Below, one piece after another: positions 35,983 through 49,875 of a DNA stretch of 64,000 nucleotides. Source of the DNA: Macrostomum hystrix (Eukaryota; Animalia; Platyhelminthes). The notes beneath the pieces are model-generated. The model saw only the letters and a program-made list of their open reading frames with translations, had not been told where the DNA came from and made no database searches. The position numbers and the translations under genes are program-made. The stretch is from contig CATNEN010000039.1 of NCBI GenBank assembly GCA_950097015.1, positions 11,036,001 to 11,100,000 of the forward strand, given 5' to 3'. Within the stretch, counting starts at the first letter, position 1, and each line of letters begins with the position of its first letter.

Positions 35983-37249
35983 CTACTCAACTGCGCTAGG
36001 GTTTCGCTAGACCTGGAAGACTAGTGATTTGTTGTCCCGATACCGGCAATGCCGAGTCGCTTCTGCTGTTGCTCATCTCAGCCAGCAGCCAAAGCCGGAG
36101 CTGCAGCGAATGACAGCCAGCCAGACTGTCAGAAATTTGCTGCAGTGACCTGCTTGGCTTTTTGGCCAGAGAAGCTCGCAGAGCTAACAACCGATTGACA
36201 ACCTGTCACTGGCTTCCACGTCGCGAACCCTCAATCAACGATTAATTGAGCTGCTAGTTTTAGCCACTTACTAATACGACCGTAATAATCAAACCAGTGC
36301 TTGCTATGAAATACACGATTTAAACGTCAATGTGCAATTTCAGCATGGACAGGTCATGCAAAAACCTGCTTTTGTTCGCGTATTTTTATCTAATTTTTTT
36401 CTAATTTTTCTTTTTCTTACTGGTGCGTTAAACAAGCATTCAGACAGGCTCATAAAAAAGACTGAATTGAACAACGAAAAGTAAAAAATCTAGATAAAAT
36501 GTATGAAGTTTGCACTCAACACTACCAACAGTAGCTATTGAAAAAATTAATTCAACTGAAGGAAAATCACGAACATTTTAATTTAATTAAACAAAAATTT
36601 AACAGTCGACTGAGTTAAGCGACCATGAGTTTAGATTAAGCTTAAATAATCGTGAATTACAATTGAGCAATATTCAATATTAGCGGTGTGCTTCGTGTGT
36701 TGAATGTTAGCTACATCTGTTAAAGGACTACTTAATAATAATAGTAATATTTGCAGGATGACTGTAGCCAAAGCGACACCATTTATGAGCTCATAGGCTC
36801 ACAGATACTGTAAGCAGGCATGCGCTCACACAGGTGTGTACAAATGATGCCCTGACTTTCTCATTGAAAACCCATTGTCACACCGCCAAAATACTACCGC
36901 AGTGTATGACAATTATTGGTCCTTGAATCTGTGACGAATAGGAGACTAAAAGTTTTACATTCTACAATTCCTACATAATTCTGCTGCTTACCATTTAGTC
37001 GGTAATTATTGTGCTTACCTGTCTATACTGCTTATAAACAGAACCTGCATATTTACGTAGGTACATGTACATTTCCATACATATCAGTACCGGTTGGCCG
37101 GACAACTTGCATCCAACCTGTCATTCGGACCACTATTCTACCGTAGTTTAAATATGTCAAAAAGCAAAGCTACTGTTCAAACAACATTCTCCAACCAGTA
37201 ACATATTATTGATAACTTAATCTGCTAAAGCATAGAAAGTAGGAAGCAT

Positions 37250-38340
37250 AAAAAATCCTACCTTTGAATTAGTCCACTATCCTGACTGCTAATAGTCCAC
37301 TATCCCACCTGCAAATAGTCCACTATCCTGACTGCTAATAGTCCACTATCCCACCTGCAAATTGTCCACTATCCCACCTGCAAATAGTCCACTATCCCAC
37401 CTGCAAATTGTCCACTATCCCACCTGCAAATAGTCCACTATCCTGACTGCTAATAGTCCAATATCCCACCTGCAAATAGTCCACTATCCAACCGGTTAAT
37501 TAGTCCCGATCCTACTTCTAAATTAGTCCACTAATCCTACCTGTATATTAGTCCACTAATCCTACTTATAGATTATTCCACTAATCCTACCTGTAAATTA
37601 GTCCACTAATCCTACCTGTAAATTAGTCGACTAATCCTACCTGTAAATTAGTCCACTAATCCTACCTGTAAATTAGTCCACTAATCCTACCTGTAAATTA
37701 GTCCACTAATCCTACCTGTAAATTAGTCCACTAATCCTACCTGTAAATTAGTCCACTAATCCTACCTGTAAATTAGTCCACTAATCCTACCTGTAAATTA
37801 GTCCACTAATCCTACCTGTAAATTAGTCCACTAATCCTACCTGTAAATTAGTCCACTAATCCTACCTGTAAATTAGTCCACTAATCCTACCTGTAAATTA
37901 GTCCACTAATCCTACCTGTAAATTAGTCCACTAATCCTACCTGTAAATTAGTCCACTAATCCTACCTGTAAATTAGTCGACTAATCCTACCTGTAAATTA
38001 GTCCACTAATCCTACCTGTAAATTAGTCCACTAATCCTACCTGTAAATTAGTCCACTAATCCTACCTGTAAATTAGTCCACTAATCCTACCTGTAAATTA
38101 GTCCACTAATCCTACCTGTAAATTAGTCCACTAATCCTACCTGTAAATTAGTCCACTAATCCTACCTGTAAATTAGTCCACTAATCCTACCTGTAAATTA
38201 GTCCACTAATCCTATCTGTAAATTAGTCCACTAATCCTACCTGTAAATTAGTCCACTAATCCTACCTGTAAATTAGTCCACTAATCCTACCTGTAAATTA
38301 GTCCACTAATCCTACCTGTAAATTAGCTCACTATCCGATC
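37250..38340. repeat. 25-bp minisatellite CTAATCCTACCTGTAAATTAGTCCA (23-bp variant at left end)
   Basis: Tandem copies. Confidence 0.96.
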
Positions 38341-40018
38341 TGCTAATAATCCACTATCCTAAATGTCAGTTTGCTTACCTATACAACAATCAACACTTTA
38401 GTACCAGTTATAAACAACTGGTACTTTAGCTAGAAAATGTAATTTAAAGGGCCATTATGTATCAATGTAAATAAATATTTTACTGCATCCAAGTCATACG
38501 TACTAAATTAGACAATGTCTCTAGGGCACTACTGTCAATAGACTGAATTGTAAATTGTTTAAATAACCAGAAATGAGTCATTCATGATTTCAGAACGTTT
38601 TCACAATTGAAATTTCTTTGTTTCAAAAAATTGCAGCCGCCAAATTCATATTTATTTATTGATTTTCTTATCTCAACTCTTTCAGGATCAGCAAAAACAC
38701 GGGGCCGAAAGCAGAAAAATATGCATCTGTTTGGGCTGTTGTGTGTGTATGAGTCAGAGCAGCAGAGTCTGAAAGCTAGAAAACACTCAAACAGAATGAA
38801 ATTGAAATGAGAGTGACACACGCGAAGGCCAGACAGGTGAGTGTGCGAAAGCGTCAGCGGGGAGAAAATAGCTGGAACAGACACAAATTATGCTTTTTCT
38901 ATTTTATGTTTGCATTAAAAATATACAATCATGCGTACAGTTAGTTACTAGCTATTAAATACGGACAATGTAACTTGCAATTGAACAGTTAAAACTGCAG
39001 CCACAGGGCGAATAATGCATTAGCAACTGCTTTGAAACAGATTTAAAACAACAATCAATAATATATAAATACACTTATATAAACTGTTAAAACAATACAG
39101 AAAGATACCGAGGGTATATCCTATACAGTCCTATACAATCTAAGCTATGAACGAATGCAAACAATTTGATTATCTAGTTACATGGTGGTAGCGTTGGTGA
39201 CAATGCTTAGTTTATTCACAGGATTGGATGGAGCTCATAGCCTTTGTAAAGTACAATTAACTTAATTATCTATTTAGTAAACTGCACCAGAATATATAAA
39301 ATCTGGGAGTTTGCGGAATCGAACCACTAACTACACGTTGGTAACTTGTGCGCGCGAATTTTGCATCAATGGCGTGGGAATAATGGAATAAAAACAGCAC
39401 AGCACGCTTCTGTCAGGCCCTGCTTCTGCGCTCATTGTTCACAGACATCTGCCTGATTATTTTCTGCAAGCATTACGAAACACACAGGCAAACAGAGAGT
39501 TGCTGATTTGCCAGCCTTCAAAGTGTTTTGCTTTTGCAGTCTGTACAATCAGAAATCTGCTAACAACGCGGACTGCAATGGGATTGCTAATTAGAGGAAT
39601 TTAGGGTATTCAATGAGACAACAAGCTGGATACTAATGGGAGTCAAGTAGGTGCTCACTTTCAAGTCTACACAAGCTGGTTGGTTGTCAGTTCTCACAGA
39701 AAGTCGAGCTCAACTAAAACTTGAACTTCAAGAAAGTTTGAAAATTGAGAAACAAAAATAAAACATGGCTAAAATGGTGCGACAGAAAGTTAATTGAATC
39801 TGCAGATCAGAACAGTCAGTTCAGAATTTCATCCAGCAAGCAGTATTAAACAGACTGGCATGTGTAAATCCCAATTATCCTGCCTTAAATATTTTTAGAT
39901 TTTTAAATTAGTGCCAAATGAGAATAGCATAACAAATGAATAATGGCAGGTAATAAGGAGTTGCAGTCCAGCCTATTTAAAAAATGAGATGAAACTGCAA
40001 TTCACAGAAACAGATTCG

Positions 40019-40936
40019 CTAGGCGAATGACAGACACTCGGGCCCAGCTGAACAGAAGCCAATACCGAAATTGCCGAAACCGAAACCGAATGCCGAGGTG
40101 GATGCGCCCGATGAAGTCGAGGCCACCTGCTGTCGGCAGCTGCTGCCCCAGACAGACATTGTCAGGTCCAGGAACGATGCCTGCAGGTTGCGCAGGCCGC
40201 TGCTGTCGCCGATCTCCGCAGACGTCGCCGAAGCCGCGGCTGCCGACTCCTCGATGCAGTCATCTTCGTCTTCAGATGACACACTCTGCCGGGTTCGCTT
40301 CGGATGAGGACTGACTGGCTGCTTTCTCTTGCGAGACAACTGCTGCGACGGCTGCTGCTGCTGTGGAGGCTGCGGTGATGGCGGCTCGTCGAGGTCTAGG
40401 ATTGAAAACTCTACCGAGGACATCACAATGGCATCGGCGCTGGCGCTCAGAGCGTCGTCGTCGGCGTCGTTGTGTTCCCCGTCGCGAATGTTCAATTGAT
40501 TGTCAGTCACACCGATGCTGTCAACCAGGCCGATGGATAGGCTGCTACTGCACCGGCTCTCTTCTGAGGCAGAGCAGTAGCCAAAAGCAGACTCCGACTG
40601 TGACTCAAGCGGCTCCTGCTGATGTTGAAGCAGCCGATTCGGAGAGGCGCAGCCGTAGCCAGTTGGTGGCAGCATCTGCGGCCGGGCCTCTAGGAACTCA
40701 AGCGCTCGCTCGTGCAGCATACCAGCCCGGGCCTTGCTCATGGCGCTGGCTATAAGTAGGGTCCGGCGCAGATCGTTCTGCTGCCTGCGACGTCGTTGCC
40801 CGCTAGAGCTAGCCGGTGACAGCTTATTGATGGACCACTGTAGGATTTTGGCATAGGCCGGCTGCTCTTCCTCCGACTCATATTCCGCTGCGTCGTCAAC
40901 AAAATGCGAATGATGCTGCTGGCTGCTGCTGTACAT
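40019..40936 (-). CDS. Intronless SERTA-domain / immediate-early-response-like nuclear protein
   Basis: 305-aa ORF. KILQWSINKL...DLRRTLLIASAMSKAR resembles the SERTA/IER motif (SxxKL...LRRxxLI). RKRK and KRTR are NLS-like. Acidic/Ser-rich remainder. Confidence 0.65.
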   Translation of the reverse strand: MYSSSQQHHSHFVDDAAEYESEEEQPAYAKILQWSINKLSPASSSGQRRRRQQNDLRRTLLIASAMSKARAGMLHERALEFLEARPQMLPPTGYGCASPNRLLQHQQEPLESQSESAFGYCSASEESRCSSSLSIGLVDSIGVTDNQLNIRDGEHNDADDDALSASADAIVMSSVEFSILDLDEPPSPQPPQQQQPSQQLSRKRKQPVSPHPKRTRQSVSSEDEDDCIEESAAAASATSAEIGDSSGLRNLQASFLDLTMSVWGSSCRQQVASTSSGASTSAFGFGFGNFGIGFCSAGPECLSFA

Positions 40937-41152
40937 TTCTGCTGTCGACTGAGGAATTTACACATGCGAAGCTGGTAATGACTTTGTACAGAAAGAGACG
41001 TAGGCAGATTGATTGCTAAAGCCGTCTTTTTCAGTTTTTTTGTTTTTTTAATATAGAAATGAAAGGACGGGCATGCGCCCTGAGTAACACTCCTCCCGAT
41101 GAAATGCGCTAGCTGTGTGGGTTTGGGCTTGAGAGAGGCCAAATTTGTCAAG

Positions 41153-41237
41153 CCTTATCTGGCTTTATAGCAAAGCTCTCCCTCTCCCTTATCTGGGTCT
41201 GGGGTGTGGGGTGGCTCACACCAGGGTCTCTTATTGG
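41153..41237 (-). promoter_or_regulatory. Promoter of the SERTA-like gene: TATA flanked by two CArG-like/GATA elements, plus CCAAT
   Basis: CCTTATCTGG at 41153 and 41187. CTATAAAG (- strand) at 41163-41170. CCAAT (- strand) at 41233-41237. Confidence 0.5.
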
Positions 41238-42419
41238 ATGATCTATTTTTAGCCGCTCAGTCCGCTGCCTTCCATACAAAAAGCTTGGCTTGAGGTGGCA
41301 AGAGGGTAGAGTAAAGGCTTCGATTTTCTTAGCGCAAGCCTACCCCAACTGTGCACCACCCCCTCCGGTCCCGTACATTCCCTGCGTACTAATTTCGCTG
41401 TGTGAGTCCTTAGTTGGAAGTGGATTTCCCCACCCCTGCAAACACTGGGCGTCCATATACAAAACTAGAAGGCCTTCAATGTACATTGCATGCACTACAC
41501 TCACCTAGGAAAATGGCTTGCCGTCCTAGCAACTTGCAAAACACAAAGCAAAAAGCACCCCCACTAAGTGGATGCAATCTGGGGCCACTTTTCAGAGTCC
41601 CACCCAAACGTGCGTCATCTTTTCTACATGGAGAAACGGATACGATGCTTTTGGGCAGTGAATAGATGACATTGTAAAATATAATAAAGGAAAATCGTCC
41701 CTTAGGATTTTTAGTTTACGAGATCTGCCCCCAACGAATTATGTCAGCAGACTGATGAATCACGCATTCAATATACGATCGCCTTCGATAAGATAAGAAT
41801 TATCGCTTGGAACTAAAAGCAATACATGTGGGAACCAAGTTACTGCCTCTTCTTCCCTCTGGGCCTTGCCTTCTGAGGCTGTAGCATATCAAATATGGCG
41901 CGTCAGCGATATGATGCGCGATACCCTCACTAATCCTCACTAGCCCCCGAACTCCGCTCGCGCACAAATATTTGCAAGGGCACAGTCTCCAGCAAACTTG
42001 TGTGAAGCTTTGAAGAGCCTCAATTTGGTTGCGGCAATAAATTTTCTGTAGCTGAAAATTATTTCACAGTTCTCTCTCTCTCTCACGCGCACGGGCCAGG
42101 GGCCCAGAAAACAGTGACGAAAGCAGAAAATATAGTTAGCTTACCTTGCAGCTCGAAGGCGCTGGGCAAGTTACAGTACGAAACAAAGAATATGCTTAGC
42201 TTGCAACCCTGCACATTTTGTTAGGGTTAAACGAACAACAAGCAGACTAGGGCAGTTTCTGACACTCCTCTCTCAAGACAGCGAATAAATTAAAAGATAG
42301 AGTATATTCCAGTACCCCTTCAGTTCGCAAGAAACCTTTCTTCTATTGCGCTCCATTTATAATTAATTGGCGACTCAACTCTCGCTAAAACCATGCTTTC
42401 TCTGTCCTCTCTCATGTGA

Positions 42420-43995
42420 CTCACCCCTGTTCTCTCCCTGCCTCTCACGTCTGTTCTCTCCCTGCCTCTCACGTCTGTTCTCTCCCTGCCTCTCACGTCT
42501 GTTCTCTCCCTGCCTCTCACCCCTGTTCTCTCCCTGCCTCTCACGTCTGTTCTCTCCCTGCCTCTCACTCCTGTTCTCTCCCTGCCTCTCACGTCTGTTC
42601 TCTCCCTGCCTCTCACGTCTGTTCTCTCCCTGCCTCTCACCCCTGTTCTCTCCCTGCCTCTCACGTCTGTTCTCTCCCTGCCTCTCACTCCTGTTCTCTC
42701 CCTGCCTCTCACGTCTGTTCTCTCCCTGCCTCTCACTCCTGTTCTCTCCCTGCCTCTCACGTCTGTTCTCTCCCTGCCTCTCACTCCTGTTCTCTCCCTG
42801 CCTCTCACGTCTGTTCTCTCCCTGCCTCTCACTCCTGTTCTCTCCCTGCCTCTCACGTCTGTTCTCTCCCTGCCTCTCACTCCTGTTCTCTCCCTGCCTC
42901 TCACGTCTGTTCTCTCCCTGCCTCTCACTCCTGTTCTCTCCCTGCCTCTCACGTCTGTTCTCTCCCTGCCTCTCACTCCTGTTCTCTCCCTGCCTCTCAC
43001 GTCTGTTCTCTCCCTGCCTCTCACTCCTGTTCTCTCCCTGCCTCTCACGTCTGTTCTCTCCCTGCCTCTCACTCCTGTTCTCTCCCTGCCTCTCACGTCT
43101 GTTCTCTCCCTGCCTCTCACTCCTGTTCTCTCCCTGCCTCTCACGTCTGTTCTCTCCCTGCCTCTCACGTCTGTTCTCTCCCTGCCTCTCACGTCTGTTC
43201 TCTCCCTGCCTCTCACCCCTGTTCTCTCCCTGCCTCTCACCCCTGTTCTCTCCCTGCCTCTCACCCCTGTTCTCTCCCTGCCTCTCACCCCTGTTCTCTC
43301 CCTGCCTCTCACCCCTGTTCTCTCCCTGCCTCTCACCCCTGTTCTCTCCCTGCCTCTCACGTCTGTTATCTCCCTGCCTCTCACGTCTGTTATCTCCGTG
43401 CCTCTCACCCCTGTTCTCTCCCTGCCTCTCACCCCTGTTCTCTCCCTGCCTCTCACGTCTGTTCTCTCCCTGCCTCTCACCTCTGTTCTCTCCCTGCCTC
43501 TCACGTCTGTTCTCTCCCTACCTCTCACCTCTGTTCTCTCCCTGCCTCTCACGTCTGTTCTCTCCCTACCTCTCACTCCTGTTCTCTCCCTGCCTCTCAC
43601 TCCTGTTCTCTCCCTACCTCTCACCTCTGTTCTCTCCCTGCCTCTCACTCCTGTTCTCTCCCTGCCTCTCACGTCTGTTCTCTCCCTGCCTCTCACTCCT
43701 GTTCTCTCCCTGCCTCTCACTCCTGTTCTCTCCCTGCCTCTCACTCCTGTTCTCTCCCTGCCTCTCACTCCAGTTCTCTCCCTGCCTCTCACTCCTGTTC
43801 TCTCCCTGCACTCGCACCTCTGTTCTCCCACCTGCACTCTCACCTCTGTTCTCCCACCTGCACTCTCACCTCTGTTCTCCCACCTGCACTCTCACCTGTG
43901 TTCTCCCACCTGCACTCTCACCTCTGTTCTCCCACCTGCACTCTCACCTGTGTTCTCCCACCTGCACTCTCACCTGTGTTCTCCCACCTGCACCC
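42420..43995. repeat. 24-bp minisatellite CTGTTCTCTCCCTGCCTCTCACNN, grading into a related about 26-bp unit
   Basis: Tandem copies. The long ORFs over it are artefacts. Confidence 0.96.
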
Positions 43996-44819
43996 TCTCC
44001 TCTCGATCAGAGCTAAACTGAATCATAAACAACAGTGTATAAACAAGAGTGTGAATAATGATTGCATTGACTGCATTCCGAGGGTCAGCTGACCTCAAGT
44101 CCTTTTAGTAAAACCTAGCGTACGGTCTGTGTAATGTCTATTTTTAGCATTTGCGCACAAACCCTACTGGATAGTCAGTCTTCTATTCCTCTCCCAGTTC
44201 CAATTAGTGAAGGCCCCCCTTAAACCGATAGGAAAATTCCAGCCTCTCGTCTGCTTTCACATCAATTATCCCCTTTCCAAGAGATATGTAGCACGCCATC
44301 ATCTGTCTTCCGCATCGTCAGGCAGCGAAGGTAGACTGTGGAGGAGGTAGGCAGCGGAGGTAGACTGTGGAGGAGGTAGGCAGCGGAGGTAGACTGTGGC
44401 TGTTGCTATATTCATACTCAGCTGTACAGTTTTTGAACCGGGTAAGCCATTCTGATGTCACACTGTGCCCTGTCCTGTCTTGAATCAGGTCCCTCAGTTT
44501 TTTATTGCTGTACAATTCGAAAGACTTGCGACAGTCCCTTTATAGTAGAGATTTTACTATCAATAAAAATGCCACAATCAGCATTGACGCAGTTGGTTGA
44601 CGCAGGGGCCAAGCAAAAGTTTTCAGCTTTTAAGTGTTTTGCTCCAAATTGGCCTTTGGTATTACAATTCTTAGTCACTAACTAGTGACTATCTCAGAAG
44701 GCACCTCAACACATTTGTTTGGGGCTAAAATTACTTTTTAGTTCGCTGTGATACAGAATCTAATGTGGCCTGTTTTACTCAGCCTGAAACTCAAAGCCTA
44801 AAAACCTGAAAACCTGAAA

Positions 44820-46595
44820 TGACAACCGCACTGACAACCTCACTGACAGCATCATTGACAGCCTCACTGACAGCCTCACTGACAGCCTCACTGACAGCAT
44901 CATTGACAGCCTCACTGACAGCATCACTGACAGAATCACTGACAGCCTCACTGACAGCATCACTGACAGCCTCACTGACAGCCTCACTGACAGCCTCACT
45001 GACAGCATCATTGACAGCCTCACTGACAGCCTCACTGACAGCCTCACTGACAGCATCATTGACAGCCTCACTAACAGCCTCACTGACAGCATCACTGACA
45101 GCCTCACTGACATCCTCACTGACAGCCTCACTAACAGCCTCACTGACAGCATCACTGACAGCCTCACTGACAGCATCACTGACAGCATCACTGACAGCCT
45201 CACTGACAGTCTCACTGACACACTGACAGCCTCACTGACAGCCTCACTGACAGCCTCACTGACAGCCTCACTGACAGCCTCACTAACAGCCTTACTGACA
45301 GCCTCACTGACAGCCTCACTGACAGCCTCACTGAGAGCATCACTGACAGCCTCACTGACAGCCTCACTGACAGCCTCACTGACAGCCTCACTGAGAGCAT
45401 CATTGACAGCCTCACTGACAGCCTCACTGACAGCATCACTGACAGCCTCACTGACAGTCTCACTGACACACTGACAGCCTCACTGACAGCCTCACTGACA
45501 GCCTCACTGACAACCTCACTGACAGCCTCACTAACAGCCTCACTGACAGCCTCACTGACAGCCTCACTGACAGCCTCACTGAGAGCCTCACTGACAGCCT
45601 CACTAACAGCCTCACTGACAGCCTCACTGACACACTGACAGCCTCACTGACAGCATCACTGACAGCCTCACTGACAGCATCACTGACAGCCTCACTGACA
45701 GCCTCACTGACAGCATCACTGACAGCCTCACTGACAGCATCACTGACAGCCTCACTGAGAGCCTCATTGACAGCCTCACTGACAGCCTCACTGACAGCAT
45801 CACTGACAGCATCACTGACAGCCTCACTGACAGCATCACTGACAGCCTCACTGAGAACCTCATTGACAGCCTCACTGACAGCCTCACTGACAGCCTCACT
45901 GACAGCCTCACTGACAGCCTCACTGACAGCCTCACTGACAGCCTCACTGACAGCATCACTGACAGCATCACTGACAGCCTCACTGACAGCCTCACTGACA
46001 GCCTCACTGACAGCATCACTGACAGCATCACTGACAGCCTCACTGACAGCCTCACTGACAGCATCACTGACAGCCTCACTGAGAGCCTCATTGACAGCCT
46101 CACTGACAGCCTCACTGACAGCATCACTGACAGCATCACTGACAGCCTCACTGAAAGCCTCACTAACAGCCTCACTAACAGCCTCACTGACAGCCTCACT
46201 GACAGCATCACTGACAGCCTCACTGACAGCCTCACTGACAGCCTCACTGACAGCCTCACTGACAGCCTCACTGACAGCATCATTGACAGCATCACTGACA
46301 GCCTCACTGACAGCCTCACTGACAGCATCACTGACAGCCTCACTGACAGCCTCACTGACAGCATCACTGACAGCCTCACTGACAGCATCACTGACAGCAT
46401 CACTGACAGCATCACTGACAGCCTCACTGACAGCATCACTGACAGCCTCACTGACAGCATCACTGACAGCATCACTGACAGCCTCACTGACAGCCTCACT
46501 GACAGCATCACTGACAGCCTCACTGACAGCATCACTGACAGCATCACTGACAGCATCACTGACAGCCTCACTGACAGCCTCACTGACAGCCTCAT
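44820..46595. repeat. 12-bp minisatellite GACAGC(C/A)TCACT
   Basis: About 145 copies. Confidence 0.96.
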
Positions 46596-47164
46596 TCACT
46601 AAACAAAAGACGTAAATATTAATTATTTCAATTCATACTCTGTCTTTGAGTCATCTCATAGCCCGATGTCTATGGCCAGTAGCCAAAATTCATTTAACTG
46701 GTAAATCTTTGTTTCCTAACAAAGACCTGACTAAGGCTATATTTGGCTACGAACAAAGACCTAAATCCTTTTTACTCCACAAAGAGGCCTCTCAAACGGC
46801 TATGCTGTCTTTTATTCCGCTACGAAGCGCGATGTGTGATGGTCCTACCAGCCACGCGACACTCCGTTGGGTGAGTCATTGTGCCGTGGGGGCCCCACGG
46901 AGGGAGTGACTAACTGAACCAACTTGGGGACCCCAGCTCGAGGGCCCGCCGCGGAGTGACTCAGAACCCCCCTGTGGGGAGTAATGTCAGGATCAGCTAT
47001 TGCAGACACACACACAAGCCTAACCTACTGCATGGACATAAAGGTGCCTGGCTGGGCAGAATGCAAAAACTTTACAGGAGACAAATAATGTGAGATCTAG
47101 TGTGATTCTCATTTGGTCCAGTATACTCGTGATTGCAGCGGTTTTCATACTCCCCCAGATATTC

Positions 47165-47425
47165 TCCCAGTAAAGGGGAGAATAGGAGAAGGGAAGAATG
47201 GGAGAACGGGAGAAGGGGAGAGTGGGAGAAGGTGAGAAGGGGAGAGTGGGAGAAGGGGAGAGTGGGAGAAGGAGAGAATGGGAGAAGGGGAGAATGGGAG
47301 AAGGGGAGAGTGGGAGAAGGTGAGAAGGGGAGAGTGGGAGAAGGAGAGAATGGGAGAAGGGGAGAATGGGAGAAGGGGAGAATGGGAGAAGGGGAGAATG
47401 GGAGAAGGGGAGAATGGGAGAATGG
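47165..47425. repeat. Purine-rich repeat GGGAGAAGGGGAGA(A/G)T
   Basis: Tandem copies with G-runs. Confidence 0.9.
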
Positions 47426-47789
47426 GCTAAGGGTTAAGCATTTTGAACAGGCGCTTGCGGGGGCTGTACAGCGCAGATAAGTGTTGATAAGAAATCTGAA
47501 TTTAGAAGCAAGGCAAGGCTTTGAGCTGCTTTGCTCATAGGCAAAAAATTATTCTCTTGAGCTTCATCCTTCTCTCGCCAAGCAGGAAGCACAGGCCAGG
47601 CTGCTCTGCCAGCCGTGAGTCTTTCATTGAAAGTCTCCCCGTGCGGGACGGGACAGGAAATGGGAAGAAAGCGAGACTGAGTCAGATTTTGGGAAGAGAG
47701 ATGGATTTTAATTTTTTGGCGCGAAAGACAGGCTCGGAAAAAAACTGCATGACACAGGGAAGAGATGCATGGGTATCAGACTTTATGAG

Positions 47790-48135
47790 AGAAGGCGAGA
47801 GATTTAGGAGAGACGGCGAGAGATTTAGGAGAGACAGAGAGAGATTTAAGAGAGAATGTGAGAGATTTAGAAGAGACCGTGAGAGATTTAGGAGAGACAG
47901 AGAGAGATTTAGGAGAGACGGTGAGAGATTTAGGAGAGACAGAGAGAGATTTAAGAGAGACGGTGAGAGATTTAGGAGAGACAGGGAGAGATTTAGGAGA
48001 GACAGAGAGAGATTTAGGAGAGACGTGAGAGATTTAGGAGAGACGGTGAGAGATTTAGGAGAGACAGAGAGAGATTTAAGAGAGATAATGAGACACGGAG
48101 ACACGGGCAGATTTAGGAGAGAACCGGGCAGATTT
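47790..48135. repeat. 21-bp repeat GAGAGATTTAGGAGAGACNGN
   Basis: Tandem degenerate copies. Confidence 0.9.
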
Positions 48136-48918
48136 AGTCAGTGAGAAATTTAGCAGAGACACGGGCAGGAAGAGACTCAGTTCGGGAGAAGAGATTAGAC
48201 GGGAAGGTCGAGTAGAGGCTCATTGCAAAGCGAATGTACTCGGGTGTACTTGTCTCAGAACAAAAACAACAGCGGATTTCAGAGTCAGCTGACACTCGCA
48301 ATCGCCTGGGATGTGAACAAACTACTGGACTTCGGGATTGAAATCCCATGTACAGCGTGGGCCTCCCGTCTCTCCTCGCGCTGCCCAAGTTGCTTATCGA
48401 CTTCCAAATTTGGCACAGCCCCTGCCCGCTCACAGAAATCCCGCCGCTTCTCAAATCCCCTTAGCAACCCAAGCCTCACCCTGCCGTCCACCCACGCATA
48501 CCCGGCCCCACCAATTCCCTCCCCCCCAGTAACGCAAAGTCGATCGCCATTCACTCAAGCTTTTCTTAGCCCCCCGCACTTTGCCAGCTGTGAGCAGCGG
48601 CCTGTTGTGGCAGGGTAGGCAAACTCGCTGAGCTGGGCTGAAATCGCCTACACAAGCAGAATTACTTTTTCTTGGGGTTGCTTCCTGGAAAGTCTTCGCT
48701 CACATGAAATTAATTCACTGCATTGGTAAAAGCTGACAGTGCATATTTAACGGCTACAACACCTGCCACTCGGTTCTTAACTTATCCATGCCAACATTTG
48801 AGTACAGACACCACCTTATTGAGTACACACACGCACACAGGTGTGTACACCTGCCATCGTTTTCTCATCGATGAAAATATTTTCCTGCAAGCAGAAGATA
48901 ATAAGTATGCTGCTATTC

Positions 48919-49875
48919 GCTGCTGTTAGTTGCTAAGCATTACTGAATCCCCAGCTGCTGTTAGTTGCTAAGCATTACTGAATCCCCAGCTGCTGTTAGT
49001 TGCTAAGCATTACTGAATCCCCAGCTGCTGTTAGTTGCTAAGCATTACTGAATCCCCAGCTGCTGTTAGTTGCTAAGCATTACTGAATCCCCAGCTGCTG
49101 TTAGTTGCTAAGCATTACTGAATCCCCAGCTGCTGTTAGTTGCTAAGCATTACTGAATCCCCAGCTGCTGTTAGTTGCTAAGCATTACTGAATCCCCAGC
49201 TGCTGTTAGTTGTTAAGCATTACTGAATCCCCAGCTGCTGTTAGTTGTTAAGCATTACTGAATCCCCAGCTGCTGTTAGTTGCTAAGCATTACTTAATCC
49301 CAAGCTGCTGTTAGTTGCTAAGCATTACTGAATCCCCAGCTGCTGTTAGTTGCTAAGCATTACTGAATCCCCAGCTGCTGTTAGTTGCTAAGCGTTACTG
49401 AATCCCCAGCTGCTGTTAGTTGCTAAGCATTACTGAATCCCCAGCTGCTGTTAGTTGCTAAGCATTACTGAATCCCCAGCTGCTGTTAGTTGCTAAGCAT
49501 TACTGAATCCCCAGCTGCTGTTAGTTGTTAAGCATTACTGAATCCCCAGCTGCTGTTATTTGTTAAGCATTACTGAATCCCCAGCTGCTGTTAGTTGCTA
49601 AGCATTACTGAATCCCCAGCTGCTGTTAGTTGCTAAGCATTACTGAATCCCCAGCTGCTGTTAGTTGCTAAGCATTACTGAATCCCCAGCTGCTGTTAGT
49701 TGCTAAGCATTACTGAATCCCCAGCTGCTGTTAGTTGCTAAGCATTACTGAATCCCCAGCTGCTGTTAGTTGTTAAGCATTACTGAATCCCCAGCTGCTG
49801 TTATTTGTTAAGCATTACTGAATCCCCAGCTGCTGTTAGTTGCTAAGCATTACTGAATCCCCAGCTGCTGTTAGT
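48919..49875. repeat. 35-bp minisatellite GCTGCTGTTAGTTGCTAAGCATTACTGAATCCCCA
   Basis: About 27 head-to-tail copies with no spacers. Confidence 0.96.

Noticed and set aside
47790-48135. TTTAGG-containing repeat as telomeric sequence
   Set aside because: It is a 21-bp unit, not a (TTAGGG)n tract.
48919-49875. 35-bp repeat array (and the 30-bp array at 50650-55083) resembling CRISPR
   Set aside because: Units are head-to-tail with no unique spacers, there are no cas genes, and the context is spliced eukaryotic DNA.
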